A stretch of 64,000 nt of DNA. It comes from Podarcis gaigeae. Taxonomy: Eukaryota. Where the stretch lies: NCBI GenBank assembly GCA_964106915.2, contig OZ066921.1; one strand, given 5' to 3'. The first letter of the stretch is position 1. Every line of letters starts with the position of its first letter. Below the pieces are notes generated by a model. It searched no databases. It saw nothing but the letters and a program-made list of their open reading frames with translations, and was not told where the DNA came from. A program made the translations under genes and the position numbers. This document shows, one piece after another, positions 49,394 through 63,300 of this stretch.

Positions 49394-50808
49394 TACATTA
49401 TTCTGAGAAGATGGAAGACAACAGAGAGCCTTGTGCGTAAGGAAATCAAACCTTTTTTTTTTAAAAAAAAAGAATAAAGTTTGTTGGGTTCATGTTGAAT
49501 TGTGATTAGACAATGTTTGTTGAGACCAGCACAAAACTAGGGTCCAAGTGGACCTCTATCTTGATTGTAAAACGCCACTGTGGGATAAGGAAATTCAACA
49601 TTAACTATATTGGAAGAGCATGCATGTATTCTCTGTATTCTGGAGAAACCCACCATAAACAGACAAGGTGAACTTTAACATTGGCAAGATCATATGTTGG
49701 GATGAATCAATTATTGGACGTAGCTTTGACATCTGGGGCCACTATTGATCCCTTTGTTGCTTGATTAGCTATCCCGTAAGCTTTGTAACATGTACAAAAG
49801 AAGCAATTAGATAAGCTGCTTTGATTTCATGTTATTTTTAATTAATGCCCTGGCAGGCTTCCCTAATGCAATGCCCATATATTAAGACAAGACATCAGAG
49901 TGTGTTGAGAGTATTAAGAGGCTGGCTGTAGGTTCTTTGGGTGCCCTGTTGGGCATACATTGAAATGACCAATAAATTTTCAGGAGCAGATGGTGCAGGT
50001 AGGGTGGTACAGCCATCCTATCAACACTGGTGTCATTACATGAACGCTGCAGGGCAGAGACAGGGTAAAGTCAAAGTCAGGGCTGTACAGGCACACTGGC
50101 AGAACTATTCCAATGTTCATGCACCCACATAGCCCACACCATACCAGCACCTTGCCTGTATGACCTCTAGGTAAGAAGCAGCAATGCTAGTACTGGAAGG
50201 GCAGCTCAGCCGCACCAGCCTTGCTCACTTTGGTTCCTGTCCGATGCTTCTAAAATAAAAGTGACTCATCACCCACATAACATGGCAGGCTTAAGGGGGG
50301 TCCCCTAGCCACATGCCATCTTGCAGGTCTCCTCCTTCATCAGCAGGCCCTACTGGTGAGCTTATGGAGGGGAAGTGTGCCAGTGGCAGGTGCTTCACCA
50401 CAGCAGCCCAAGCATTGCAGCACTCTGGAGGTTGTGAACTGAGCCAGGACCCACGATCGTTACCTGAGCCAGGAGAGTGACAGAGTCTACGCCACCTCAC
50501 TGCCAGAGAAGGATGCTGTGATGCACCATCCCAGCTAGACGAAGCAATCTGGTTAGCCAGTAGAGGTGTGGCTAGTCTTGTACGTTCTATCTCTTCTGGG
50601 CTATCTCTGGGAGCTGTGTATTTCAGGGGAAGATGGGACCAGAGACAAAAGTGGGTGATGCCTAAACTCCACCCAGACAAACAAGAGGCATTATCCTGGT
50701 CAAGCAAAAATGCTCTGGGTGTGAAGCTGGGCCTGTGAGGGGGTATGGCCAAGGGAGGGTTGTGTAGCCTAGGGAGAGTTTTGAGAGCCAGGTACAGAGG
50801 CTTGGTAG

Positions 50809-51304
50809 CAGGGCTGGATCTACCATGATGCTTAAGTTTCAGGGCCCCTAATACAGGAGGGCCCCCAGAAATTACCGTATTTTCCCATGTATAAGACTAG
50901 GTCCCCCCTAAAAATAATGTCAAAAAGTAGGGGGCCATTTATACTCTGCGACATCTCCCCCCATTTTCTTAAATCTGAGTCCCCCAAAATAGGGGGCGTC
51001 TTATACATGGGGGCGTCTTATAGACGGAAAAATATGGTACTTTAGTCCACATTGCTTTAAAATGTTTGGTCTAGTCTAGTAGACCCAATTTGAGTGGTAC
51101 TACTCAAAGTGATTAGTTATTTTTGTTGCATATTTTTCAGCAATCACGAAGTTTGAGAGTCAGCAGCACAGACATTGTAACAGTGTGGTGATCTGTCGTG
51201 CAACAACCCCATTAACAGTGGTTAGCCAGGCATTGTTGCTGGTTGCGAAGGGGCCCCTATGACAGTTCAAGTTTCAGGACCCCCCAAATGTAGGTCTGCC
51301 ATTG
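50809..51304. mobile_element. hAT non-autonomous element
   Basis: Imperfect TIRs CAGGGCTGGATCTAC / GTAGGTCTGCCATTG; 7/8 TSD CTTGGTAG/CTTGTTAG. Confidence 0.8.
50875..51037. mobile_element. Tigger/Tc2-like MITE nested in the hAT element
   Basis: TIRs CCGTATTTTCCCATGTATAAGAC / GTCTTATAGACGGAAAAATATGG with TA at 50873-50874 and 51038-51039. Confidence 0.85.
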
Positions 51305-52847
51305 CTTGTTAGGCCGATTTTGCCCTGCAGACCAGAGGTTCCTCACCTCTGCCCCAGATCTTCAAGGTGGCACTTCCTAAACCTACTGATTTTCAAAAAG
51401 AAGAAGCTGGTCTACTAAACTGGACAGAAGAAACCCCTTCTATTTGTTGCAGTAGCAAAATCCCTGTCTACTGCAAAACAAATAAAATAGAATAAAATAA
51501 GCTGTCCTAGACAACAGCCTAACTCTTGGACAACTGCCTACAGTCCTAGACAACTTTTTACAGTGGAATATTGAGAAGGTCAACCTTGGATTTATTTATT
51601 TATTTCCTTTATTTAAAAAAAATCTCTTTGGCATTTAGGATCTCATAACAAGTTAAAAAACCTCCCTCGGTATGCATGAAACGTAAACCAATCAATTGTC
51701 CACGGGATGTGGTGGGTTTGCAAAAGTCCATTAAACTGATTAATAATTGGTTTGCTGACAAGTTAAGTGTCTCGTTGCCATTAAAACTAAGTATATTTTT
51801 AACATATCTGACTTCCTCCTATTATCTGTCATCTCCTCTGAAAAGATGGTCAAGTTAAAAAGGCTGATAATTGGAACCATGTCAAAGCTTCTGTATCATT
51901 AACATACTCAAGTTATTACATTAGACTTGCTCTCTTCCACTTAGAGCAATCTCGCATGGCCCAAATCAGTCCCTGGCCAGCATCACCTGCATCAAAAAGT
52001 TACCTTTCCCCTCTTCTGTCCCCCCCCCCTCAAAAGGTGTAACTCTGTGAAGCCCTCAGATTACCAAGGAGGTCTCACAAAAGGCAACAAGTTGACTGTG
52101 GTCAAGGATGGCCAATGATTTGGTTGCAAGTCACTGCAAGACCACCTTCCCCCATGTATGCCCACTCAAGAACCACTTCTATTTGCAGAACTGGCACTGT
52201 TGGAGGTGCCACATAATACTTGCTCTGCATTTGCACAAAACCAGTCTTCTAGTGTGGCAGCATCATTGGAACTCCCTGCCTTTTGACAATAGGCAGACCC
52301 CTTCACTGTACACTTTATGGCACCTGCTAGAAACATTTTTGTTTAGACAAGCCTGCCCAATATGTAGAATGTTGACATGTGTTTTAATCTGCTTTTAGCT
52401 TATCACTAATTTTTAAAAAATGTTTTAAATTGTTGCTTTTAACTTCTTCTTTTTTACCAATACTTGTATCATTGAGGATTTTTTAAAAAATAATAATCAC
52501 GCAGTGTATAAATTTTATGAACTAACTAAATAAACATTACACATGTCATTTTAGTTTCAGATTATTATTATTTTTTGGCCAGAAAAAGAACTTTCTTTGC
52601 CATTCACCACTAACTTTTTAATACGTGCTTTTTTAAAAACAGCAAGTGTTGTATTTGTTTTTAAATGCTTGTCAAGAAAAATGAATAAATGTACATAAAA
52701 AGTGTCTGTCTCTGTGTGTTTTCTATGTATGTTACGTGGGAAACAGAACAGCAGTAGCAGGAGCCATGTAAAAGGGAGGCTATATGAATTAAACTAGTCC
52801 TTAAATTGTTTTCAGCAGCATTTTCCCAATCTTAAGTTTGGTTCTCC

Positions 52848-52982
52848 TAGAGTTGCCATACGCCTGGAATTTCCCAGACATATTGGAGTACTGGAGTTGG
52901 CAGGAGTGTCTGGGTGGAAATCGGCAAAAAGAACAACAAATTCTGTGTCCAGATTTTCACTTTTTGAAATATGGCAACCCTA
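52848..52982. mobile_element. hAT (Tip100-like) MITE nested in an AT-rich interspersed repeat
   Basis: TIRs TAGAGTTGCCATA / TATGGCAACCCTA; degenerate TSD (g/t)ttctcc. Confidence 0.7.
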
Positions 52983-55900
52983 TTTCTCCACATTTACACA
53001 TCATTTTGTGATTTATTTATTTATTTTTAAGTCCTCATGAAAATTCACCAGCATTTCTGGGTAAATTCCTCCTAATATACACATATTTGTATATAATTTT
53101 GCCTGATATACACTTTTTTTTTTGCAAGAATTTCCCCGTAATTTTTTTTTGCAAGCTGTTTTCACTTATAGATGCATTTTTATGGACACCTCAGTATATG
53201 CATTTCTGTACACGTGACTTGACTCCAGTGCACTGCACCATTCTGAGAAGTGTGAATTTCGAGAATGTTTCAGTCTGCACATTGTTTCAGAAAGTGCAGA
53301 TTAGGTAAGTTTGCTCTTAAATGAGAACTGAACCAACCCCCCTCCATCTTTAGTTAGGAATGACGTCTGCATGGGCAAAAGCAGCATCCCTATTGCCTCC
53401 ATCCCTCCTTGGGGTTCAGCCACTCTTGGAAACTGGATACGGTACAAGTTGGACCTTTGGCCTGATCCGGTGGGGACTCTTCTTATTGCAAGAAAAGGAA
53501 GGGATGTCGCTTTTTTCAATACTGAGAAAGTAAAGAAAACCATGGGAAACATTCAGTGCAGAAAGGCCCTCTTTTAAAGTCCCCATTTTTCACTTGTAAT
53601 GCAAGAATGCTGATGTCATCCTCCCAGTAAATGAGATTGACACTTGCAGAAAGGAAAGAGATGGTATTTCGTAGAGCAGACGGTCATGAGATACACTGGC
53701 AGGAAACTGTTTAGAAGTTCAAGGAACTTCCAGGAGACATGATGAATCCTCTGCTCTGAAAACAATCCTAGATTTGTTTTTCAACTGCCTTGTAGAAACA
53801 TCTAGGTGTCTGGGTCCTCACGCTGTGCATCAATTTGCGTCCAGCCCAGCGCTCAAACCCCCCTGCCACTTCTGCACATATTACTTTCTGTGCAGTTCAC
53901 ACCATAACAATACTCAGCCTCAAAGAGCGGTCTGAAAGATAGATCATGGTAGTGACACCACAAACATCTTGAGGGGGAAGGATCGAGTGACACCACGCCT
54001 GGAGACCCAGTCTCCAGTTAGATGTTGCAAGGTAGCAAAAATTAAATTTGCCTCATTGTTTCCGCCCCCCCCCCTTCACTGTACTTATTCCCCAAACAGA
54101 ATGACTTTAGGAATAGCTATTGCAAATGTGGAAAAGACTCACCCATATGGTGGAGTGTTTATCCCAATCAGTCTAGCACCTTCCTCCACCCCACCAGACA
54201 GGGACTATCACAAAACCACTTGGTGCATAATGGCTACAATCCATTATGAATATGTTGTTGGCTCAATGGAAGAAGACGACAGTCCGAACTAGAAGGAGTT
54301 GTTGCTATGTGGTCAAGGGCAATGACTACATGTAAATGCCCTTGGCCACATAGCGATACACTCTTTCTGTTCAGGATAGTTGTCCTCTTCCGTTAAGCCC
54401 GTGGCTTCTTCACACAACACACAGTTAAACTATGGAGTTTCCTACAACAAAATGTAGCAATGTCCACCAAGTTGGATTGCTTTAAAATGGAATTAGAAAA
54501 ATTCACAGAAGATAAGGCTATCAATGACTATTAGTCTTCATGGTTGTGGAAGCACTATGTATCTAAACACCACTCACTGGGGATCACAAACTGGAAGTGT
54601 GCTCTTGCACTCAGGTCTTGCTTGTGAGCTTCCCCCAGGCATCTGGTTGGCCACTTTAAGAAGAGAATGTTGGATAAGAGGAGCTTTGGTTTGATCCAGT
54701 AGGGTTATTCTTATGTGGAGGAGGGACATGCATGGAGCAGTCTTTTTCTAAAGAAGATCAAAAACAATGAGGCAGCTTTCTGCACAAAGGATTGTGCCCC
54801 CACAATTCCTCTACTTTGTGTTGTCCTTCGCTCCCCTGTCCTGCCTCTCTCAGCTTTCCTGTTTCTGGTTCCTTATCAAGTCCACATCTCCCCCTCTGCG
54901 TTTCTGCTTTATCTCTGCTGTGCGCTGACATGAGAGGCATGTCTTCAAACCTGACCAGGCTTATTGCTATCAGGGATTCCTTACTGAGGCATGGCAACCC
55001 CTCTCTTTCCTCTTCACAACTAACACAAGGCTGCAGTTTCTGAAAGAGTGTGCCACAATACAATTGTTAGTTTCTAACAGGATTCATGTCCTGAAAGGTG
55101 GGATGCAGCATATGTGTGTGTGTGTGTGTGTGTGTGCGCACGCACACATCTGTGACAGCATGAAAGCAGCCTGCATTTCTTGAGCCGTGCTGGAGCATAT
55201 TCATTTAAGGTAATATTGTTCTGCAGCAAGGGTGGGAAAACTCAGGTCTAGTGGCGGAATGTAGCCCTCCTGGATGAAGAATGGAGAGGGTGGGTGGGTG
55301 TCTGTGCAGAAACCCGCCTACTGTTCAAATATTTGCTGCTCCACCCACTCTTGCCTCAAGCTCCACTCACCATGGGCCTGTGGCCCCTGAAATCTTGCTC
55401 AGAAGGGTATGTGGCACTGGGCTGACATTTCACCACCCCCTGCTCTACAGGAAATGGTTTTAGAGTTTGTAGCTGCACCAAAGAGACCCTGCTGAAAAAT
55501 AAATCTATTGTACATGCAGACCAAATCTATTCTCAAGAACTTGTCTCTTGTGCCAAAGACCTCACCAACAACTGTCCAACTTAACTCCCATCCAATCTGT
55601 TTAACATATACAACCCACTGCAGCTAACTCAAATGATACGGCCTGCGACTTCCAATGATATGCCAAGACAAATTTCCTCCAGGATATTATATATATATAC
55701 ATATGTAGAAATATATATTTCCTCAACATCCAACACAAACTAGTACTGTCTTCCAGATTTCTCAGTGCATGAAAGAGATTAGCTTCTGGGTGAAGAACAG
55801 CTGGCTCCAACTGAACTCTGGAAATCTAGGAGATTAGTCTCAATGGAAGAAAGGATCGCTGTCGGGAACTGATGTTTGATCCCAACCAGTCATCAGTTAA

Positions 55901-57549
55901 GGGGCCTTTAGCTGGTGCGCTGTAGTGTGGTGGCTAAGAAACTGAGCTATGAATCAATCTGGTTCAGATTTCACTGCTGCCATGAACTCAGAAGGTAACA
56001 TTAAGCAAACCACTTTTTCAGCAACCATCCCTTTTCCCCGCTCCCTCCGCCATATGGGAATGACAATCCACACCTGCCTTACAAGATTGTTGTAAGGATT
56101 AGAAAGACATTGTACTTAAGAGTGTTGGACTTAAATGGGAATGCTGCAAGTTCAAGGCACCACTTGATCATTAACTTCATGAGATGACTCTGGGCCATTT
56201 GCTGCCTTAACTCTCAGCACAACTCAATAGGGATTTCATGGGGATAAATATTGTGTATCTGTGAAAGATGCCCTGAGGTCCTAGGTCTACTTACTCAGAA
56301 GTTTGCAGTATTCAATGGGTCTCTCGTCAGGTATGTGTATAGAATTGCAATCTAACCATGTTTAAGTATAATTAGGTACCATTGACTTCAAGGGAATTTG
56401 GTCCTCTGAGGTAGGGTCATCTGCTGTTCTCTAGAAATTGTTAAGACTACAGCTCTTATCGTTCCGCTGGTCAGGGAAGCTTGGACTTTTAGTTCAGCAA
56501 CATCTGGAGGGCTACCCTACTCTAAGTTATACAACACTGCTCTTTCTCTTGCTATTTCACAAACTAACATCATTATTCCTCTTGAGGGAGAAGACAGAAC
56601 TGTTATTTTCGATATCCTTTTTCAATCCAAAATGAATATATTTGTCCATCCCTTGTCTATAATGTCCCAGGACCAGATCACAGTTTCTATGGAATGCTTT
56701 TCTAAAAGAAAAAAAGAAAAAGATGCCTTAAAGTCTTCTGGGCCAGTTACGAAACATGAAATGAATGCAGTTGGTTTTGATTCAACCAGGCAATCCTGGA
56801 AAGCTTAATTCCACTCCTTATCCCCCAAAAGTATATTTACTGCCTCATCTGATAGATGGCTTGGGAAACAGTGTTAAAAAAAATTCTCTGTGGATTTTCA
56901 GAGTTTTCAATGCTTTTGCCAGATTATGATCTAACAACAGCAGGGACAAACATATAGCCACTTTGAGTCTAGTTTTAAAAGATTAAATGGAATTCTGCTG
57001 TTTCATCAGTGGCATTGTGGGCCCAGCTTTAGTGCCTCTGTCTTAAAACTACATTTGCAACCTGATCTATGAAGTCCCAATTTTATTATTTATCTTTATT
57101 ATTTATTGAGGACTCTCAACCGATTCAAGAAAACTTAGAGTGCAATCACATCCATAATTATTGGGGCACAGCTTGCGTTGTGTCCAATAGTAAGTGCATT
57201 TAGGACTGCATCCTTAGTTGATTAATCAAATTAGTTCTAACCAATTCATCAACAATTAATTGATCAAACCAGTGTGCATTTACTTCAATGGCCGCCGTTT
57301 CTCCTCTTCCTGCTGCCACCGCTGGCCTGGAGCTGCTTCCAGCCTCCTTTCCCTCTGCGGCAGGAGAAGGAGGAGGAGCCAGAACTGTGGCCATTAAGGC
57401 CGCGATTTGCTTGACTGCATGCTTAGCCTCCTCGGGAGGCCTTAGGAGGGAGGGGCTTGGCCCCCTCCCAAACATAAGGACGGGGGGAGAAAGGGCTCAG
57501 CTCCTAGGAGATGACACCCCTTTGCCACACTCATCCTGCTTTTGTAAGA

Positions 57550-57760
57550 AATTGATCTTTAAGGGAAAACTTTCTGACAGTAAGAGGCGTTTGACAGTGG
57601 AACAGTCTCCCTCAGGGGGTTGTGGAGTCTCTTTACTTGGAGGTTTTTAAGCAGAGGTTGGATGGCCATCTGTCATGGATACTTTAGCTGAGATTCCTGC
57701 ATTGCAGCAGGTTGGATTAGATGACCCTTGAGGTCCCTTCCAACTCTTCCAAGATTCCAA
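57550..57760 (+). mobile_element. CR1 LINE 3' end (others ~40690-40750 (-), 59855-59947 (+); ORF2 fragment ~60890-61030 (-))
   Basis: End of ORF2 (aactttctgacagtaaga...tggaacagtctccct...ggaggtttttaagcagaggttggat) plus GGTCCCTTCCAAC...ATTC terminal motif typical of CR1. Confidence 0.8.
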
Positions 57761-58118
57761 GTGTGGCAGTAGGAAGTATGGTCCCAAGGGATTAGAGGGC
57801 TGCATTTGGCCCCTGGACCTGAGTTTCCCCACCTCAACCTGTACTGAGGACAGAGGAAGCTATCCAGTCAAAAAAGCTATGCAATCATTTCCCCTTTCAC
57901 CACGGAGAATTGCCTCCTTTGACTTTTGGCTCTCCTGCATTTCATAAACAGCAGCTCATAGGATCAGCCCAAGAATGTTGCGTCAATATCGTAAGATCTT
58001 CGCTAGCATCCACCTTAATAGAGGTGTTTGGCCTGAGTGAGAAATTTGAGACAAAGACCATAATGCTTGCATCTGTGAGGCACAGAGGGAAAATGCCACA
58101 GGGTATGAGGACAAATCT

Positions 58119-58120
<2 letters not shown>

Positions 58121-58168
<48 letters not shown>
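58121..58168. repeat. (AG)n microsatellite
   Basis: Direct read. Confidence 0.95.
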
Positions 58169-58176
<8 letters not shown>

Positions 58177-60317
58177 AATCCATACACATTAAGTCAGGCA
58201 TATAAAGAGACTAAGTATAAAAGACAGTTCCCTTGTAATATCCAGCTGTTTCATCTAAATATTTCCAATGAATCCACATATGTACATTTTCAGAAATATA
58301 CCAAGAGGGAATATCAATACTTATGTTTGAAATAAAAAATAAAAATCCCCTCAGATTACCTCATGTTCTTTCTCTCCCCCTCCCTGTCTTCTTATTCTAC
58401 AGCTCACACTCAAAGCTGCCCAGATTGGACAGGTGTTATTTCAGCACCATCCTAAATAGCTTCCCTACTGCCTTGCGGTGGATTAATCCATTTCTCTTTT
58501 TTCACCCTTTCTTGCTTTCCTATGGTCCAGCACAGATGTAAAAGAGATTAAGACTGTGTAGGGAGGGAGGTGGGGGAGGAGAGAAGAAAGTAGAAACCCG
58601 TAAGATTTCGCCAAGCTCCTCTACAATAAAACTCGGGGCAGTGGATAAAACGCCTCAGGAGACTGTAGCAAAACGACGAGGGTCTTGACTGATCGCTTCA
58701 AGGGAATGACAGCTCAGCAAGTTCATTGTGTTTTGTTTTCCCTTTCGCATCTGTGGCATGGAAACTTCTGTCTATCCACAAGCCAAAACATATGTACAGT
58801 CAAGAAGAACCGCCGGCTTGTTTGTTAAAGCTCGCCTTCCTTGCTTTGACCACTTTTGAAGAGAACCTTGCCAAAAAATTCTTAACTTTGTCAAAGAAAA
58901 GAAAAGAAAAGATGCACAGAAATTAAAGTAGCTTGTGGAAAGGCCTCCATTTGTTCATATTTGCCTCTCAGTTAGTTCTCAAAGCTTCAAACGGCACCAG
59001 ATAAGTTTGTTCTGGATCCTGGAAAGTTGTAGCTATCCCCAAATCTATATGTTAAAATGGTGACTTGGAGAGCAACCCTATGCACAGAAAGCTGGCACAA
59101 AGGAAGCCTGTTTAAGTTCAGCTGGTATAAAATACACTGGATCCAAACTCCGTTCAGGAGTGGGACTATGGTTGGCTGTGTTGTCAGCCTGGCAGACATT
59201 TAAAAATAATCTTTGAGTTACACCACCGTTTTTCTTAGTTTAACTTATTCCTGCTTGCCAGGTTGTGTGCCCAAGCTGAATGGGCTTAGGATGTCTAAGC
59301 ACACCTGCCCAGTCCTGCCCCCACTGCACCTCTGGAATCCACTAGGCTCAGCCCAGCTACCTGGATCTTGGGTGAGCCAGGACTGGAGATATACACCAGT
59401 GTGTCTCCGACTGTTTTCTAGAAGATTTAAGCAATGCCATGTCAATCTTCTTCCTCCTTCTCCTTCTCCTTCTTCCAATTATTATCCCACTGTTCTTCCC
59501 AAAGGAGCCAAGGACAGCAAACACACAAGCCATAAATCAATTTAAACCTCTACAAACAATTCTAATACTGATGCAGACTGGGACAAATCCCCACTTCAAA
59601 GGCTTGTTGGAAGAAGATCTTCAGCAGGCCCTAAAACGATAACAAGCCTAGCTAGTATGTAATGGGAGGGAATGCTGGTGTGTTGGTCCCACAACACTAA
59701 AGTCCCAATTCCTATATCATAGGGATTGAGCTTCCTGGAAAAAAGTCATTTGCAGGAGGCCATCTCCTGCACAGTGCAGTGATCAATGGGGTATATACGA
59801 GGTGAAACAATGGTTTGAATATATAAGGTTGTGTGTATATAAGGTTGTGTGTTCAAGTCCTGCATTGGGCAGAGGATTCCTGTATTGCAAGGGTTTAGGC
59901 TAGATGACCCTCATGGTCCCTTCCAATTCTATGAGCCTATGATTCTAAGGGGTGAAATGTTTTAGGTATCTTGGTTCCAAGTTGTACAGTATGTTATACA
60001 CCAGACCCAGCACTTTGGTCTTCGCCAGTAGCTAACTGGCAGCCAGAGAAAATTTGAGAACAATGTTTTCAGATAGACAGAATACAAGTATTCAGGAAAA
60101 ATATGGCTCAGCTCCATTTGATATTGCAGTCAAATTTGGGGATATATTGTTGGCATTTTCACTTTGTTTCCTTCCAGTGGCATGTTATGCTGATATAAAA
60201 ATATCATCACTGACCGCACAGTGTACACAGAGAGCCAAGACACTTGAGAATGGTATGTGGTCACACCAGTAACCTCAAAATACATATTTTGCTGCCCACA
60301 GCTCTTGTGTGGCATGT

Positions 60318-60320
<3 letters not shown>

Positions 60321-60352
<32 letters not shown>
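60321..60352. repeat. (AC)n microsatellite
   Basis: Direct read. Confidence 0.95.
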
Positions 60353-60353
<1 letters not shown>

Positions 60354-63300
60354 AATCAGACAACAACACAGAGTATTACCATGGCTTATAGTTGTGATTC
60401 TTGAAAGAAAAGAGAAAGATGGGAGGGGGTGGGAGAGAGAATAAAACCAAGCAATAGTACAAGGGTCACCAACAAGGGTCCCTCTTGAGGTCTTCCTCTG
60501 GCATCCTCCATTGTTAGGCTGGTGGAAAATAGACTCCCGGAAATGCCTATCAGAACAAGCTGATAATATAAATCAGTATAACTGGATGCCCCAGTGTGAA
60601 GCTACAATGCAGGCGTTTGATACTGATTCTTCAAATGTACAAAACTGGAGCCTGGAACAGGGGTGTAAAACACAATTTAAAAACATACAAAAAACAAGAG
60701 TGCAGCACATGATATGGAGCTGATTAAGAGATAGTTTTTTTTACCAAATCTACATTACATCAAATTAACACATTTTTTTTTAATTTATTTTTTTAGATTT
60801 GGCACCTTCTTTTTACAAAAGGTCTTCCTTGCAATATTATTTCAAATTATCATCATGGTTGCCCTCCTCTGTGCATGTTCCAGCTTGTTAACATCCTTAT
60901 GAACTGGAAACAGTGATCCAGGTGGGTTCTGAGCAAGGCAGAATAGAGTGGTACTATTACTTCTCTTTATCTGGACACTAGATTTTTGTTGATGGGTAGC
61001 CTATTATTGCATTAGCTCTTTTTTTGCCAACTCGGTAAATTTAAGAATGTAAAATAATCCAAATCTGAGAACTTCAGTATACGGGCAAAGGTAACTGCCT
61101 GGGTCCAGACAGTTGTGAGAACAGACCCAGATTCTTCTATGGGTCCACATTTCAGTAGAAATGTCCCTTGCAACATGGTTGACAGGAAGTCAAAGGGAAA
61201 GCTTTACAACAGCAGACAGCTCAACTTAAACAGGATATTAATATCATCATTAAAAAGGGGGGAAAGAAAATCTGCTTAAGGAAATAATATTTCCTTTCAA
61301 TTCACTTTTTATTAGTGCCTTAGCACCAAGAAAAAGGCATCAACGTATAATTCCAGTGGCTCATAAGGGTCTCTAAATTTTAATCGCACTGTACAGAAAG
61401 TCACAGCTGGTGGAAAAATGAAGTTCTCCAGCTGTTTCACACCCTCCCTTGCCTCCTTCTTGCCCTCCCTCTTCTCCATGCTCCAGCTCGTTTCTTAAAT
61501 ACCGAATATTAGCTGACTGGTGATTAGCTAGCATATTCAAAGAGTCAGTGGATATTAGCTTCTCCTTAGGCACCAGGAGAGAATGTTTTATTTTCTTATT
61601 CTGATATGATCCATCTTCCACTTGATGGGCATGAAGATTTTCTCTCTCTTTGCTGCAAAGGAGAGACTTAAGCACCTCATTCCCATTAGCCTTAACATGA
61701 ATTACCTGTGTAAATCCCTAACACACTGAATGGGAAAAACAGACTCCAGTGATTTTGCACTTTCTCTCTCTCTCTTTTCACAGGGGAGTAGCATTAATAC
61801 AATTGAGCCTGTTTAACATTAACAACTTATTGGTAAGTTCCTCCAAAGTTCTTCCCATAAATCGTCTCTTTTCTATGAGACAGATTTTTTTTTAAGGGTT
61901 CTGGTTTCACTGATCTCACCGAAGAGACTTTTTAAAGGGCAATCCAGAGTTCTGGGTATGATGATGTCTTTTAAAACCTTGCCACAGGAAGTACCTCTTT
62001 AAGGAAACTACACTTCCTATTTCCCCATTGTGGGAGGGCAAAGGGGCTCGTACAGACAAACTGCCCAATGTGCATGACCTGCTGGCAACATTTTCCTTTG
62101 TGCTGTCATCTGTCACAGAGATAATCTAGGCCGATTTGAAATTGCATTAATATCTCTTGCAGAGGTGCAGCAGCATAAATTCCAGTTCACTCACTATAGG
62201 CCAGATTCACACCACCCATTTATAGCACTACAATACCACTTTAAACAGTCACAACTTCTTCCTAAGAATTCAGGGACCTCTAGTTTTGTTTTGGGTGCTG
62301 AGAGTTGTTAGGAGTCTCCTCTTTCCCTTCCAGATCTACATTTCCCAGAGTGGATTAACAATTGTACCCTCTTCACATGGCACCAATTTCATTCTTTTCC
62401 ACGTTTGGACCTTGGTCTTACTTTTGAAACAAAATAGCACAGGTACAGCAAAAAATAGGTTTCTGCTGGAAACCTTGCAAGAGAGCTCTGCCTTTGGGTC
62501 ACAATTTAATAAAAAAGGAAGGGCCACAGTCCTTTAGAAATAGAGATACTTTGGTCCAGCAGAAAGGACAAAATGTGACAAGAATGCCGCTGCAAATATT
62601 TGTGGATGTCCAATGTTATTATAGATCTCCAAATGGCTATAAATACACCAGTCTGCGTCTGTGTCTTTTGTTTACATTCCCCCCCCCCTTTTCTTTTTGG
62701 AATCAATATAAATCACTGTGCTACATGGCAAAACCACGCTTCGTTGACAGTACATATGTAAGGCCTCAGTTAGTGGTTGATGTGAAAATGAGAACATGCT
62801 GTTGGCATTGCCTCAAAATGCCAGCCTTGTTAACCATAAGAACTGGCTTATAGACTCTTCACTCAAATGCACGTGTGAGAGAGTGAGCAAAGACTGAAGT
62901 TCTGCAACCAACGTCTCCAATCAGATGCCACTCCTTGAAAACCAGAGACATACATGCATATTAAGGGCATTATGATCCACCATTACAAAGAAATTATGTT
63001 GTGGCATAGCTAACCTTTTGTCCACATTTCAGCCAAAAACCTGTTTTACTATTTACACCCTTGATTTTTTTTTTAAAAAACAACTCCTCATTTTCACTGG
63101 AACATCTTGATGACTCTTCTTCTGAATCCCCGCCCCCTTTTGTCCCTTTACATGTTGTTTCAGTAGCTCTGTTTTCACTTACAGCCACAATAGCAATAGT
63201 TATGGAGGTTACACCCAACTACTTATTCTGTACCAAGCATCTCTGATTTAACTCGTGAAACCCAGTTGAGTTTCCACTGTAGTTAACACTCCCAAACACT

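Noticed and set aside
2600-56520. Recurring palindromic ~130-bp units as a CRISPR-like or ncRNA array
   Set aside because: Dispersed, diverged and irregularly spaced copies; consistent with an abundant MITE in a eukaryotic genome.
57200-57650. GC-rich ORFs at 57200..57475 and 57288..57650
   Set aside because: Low-complexity Ala/Pro/Gly content running into a CR1 fragment; no splice or domain support.
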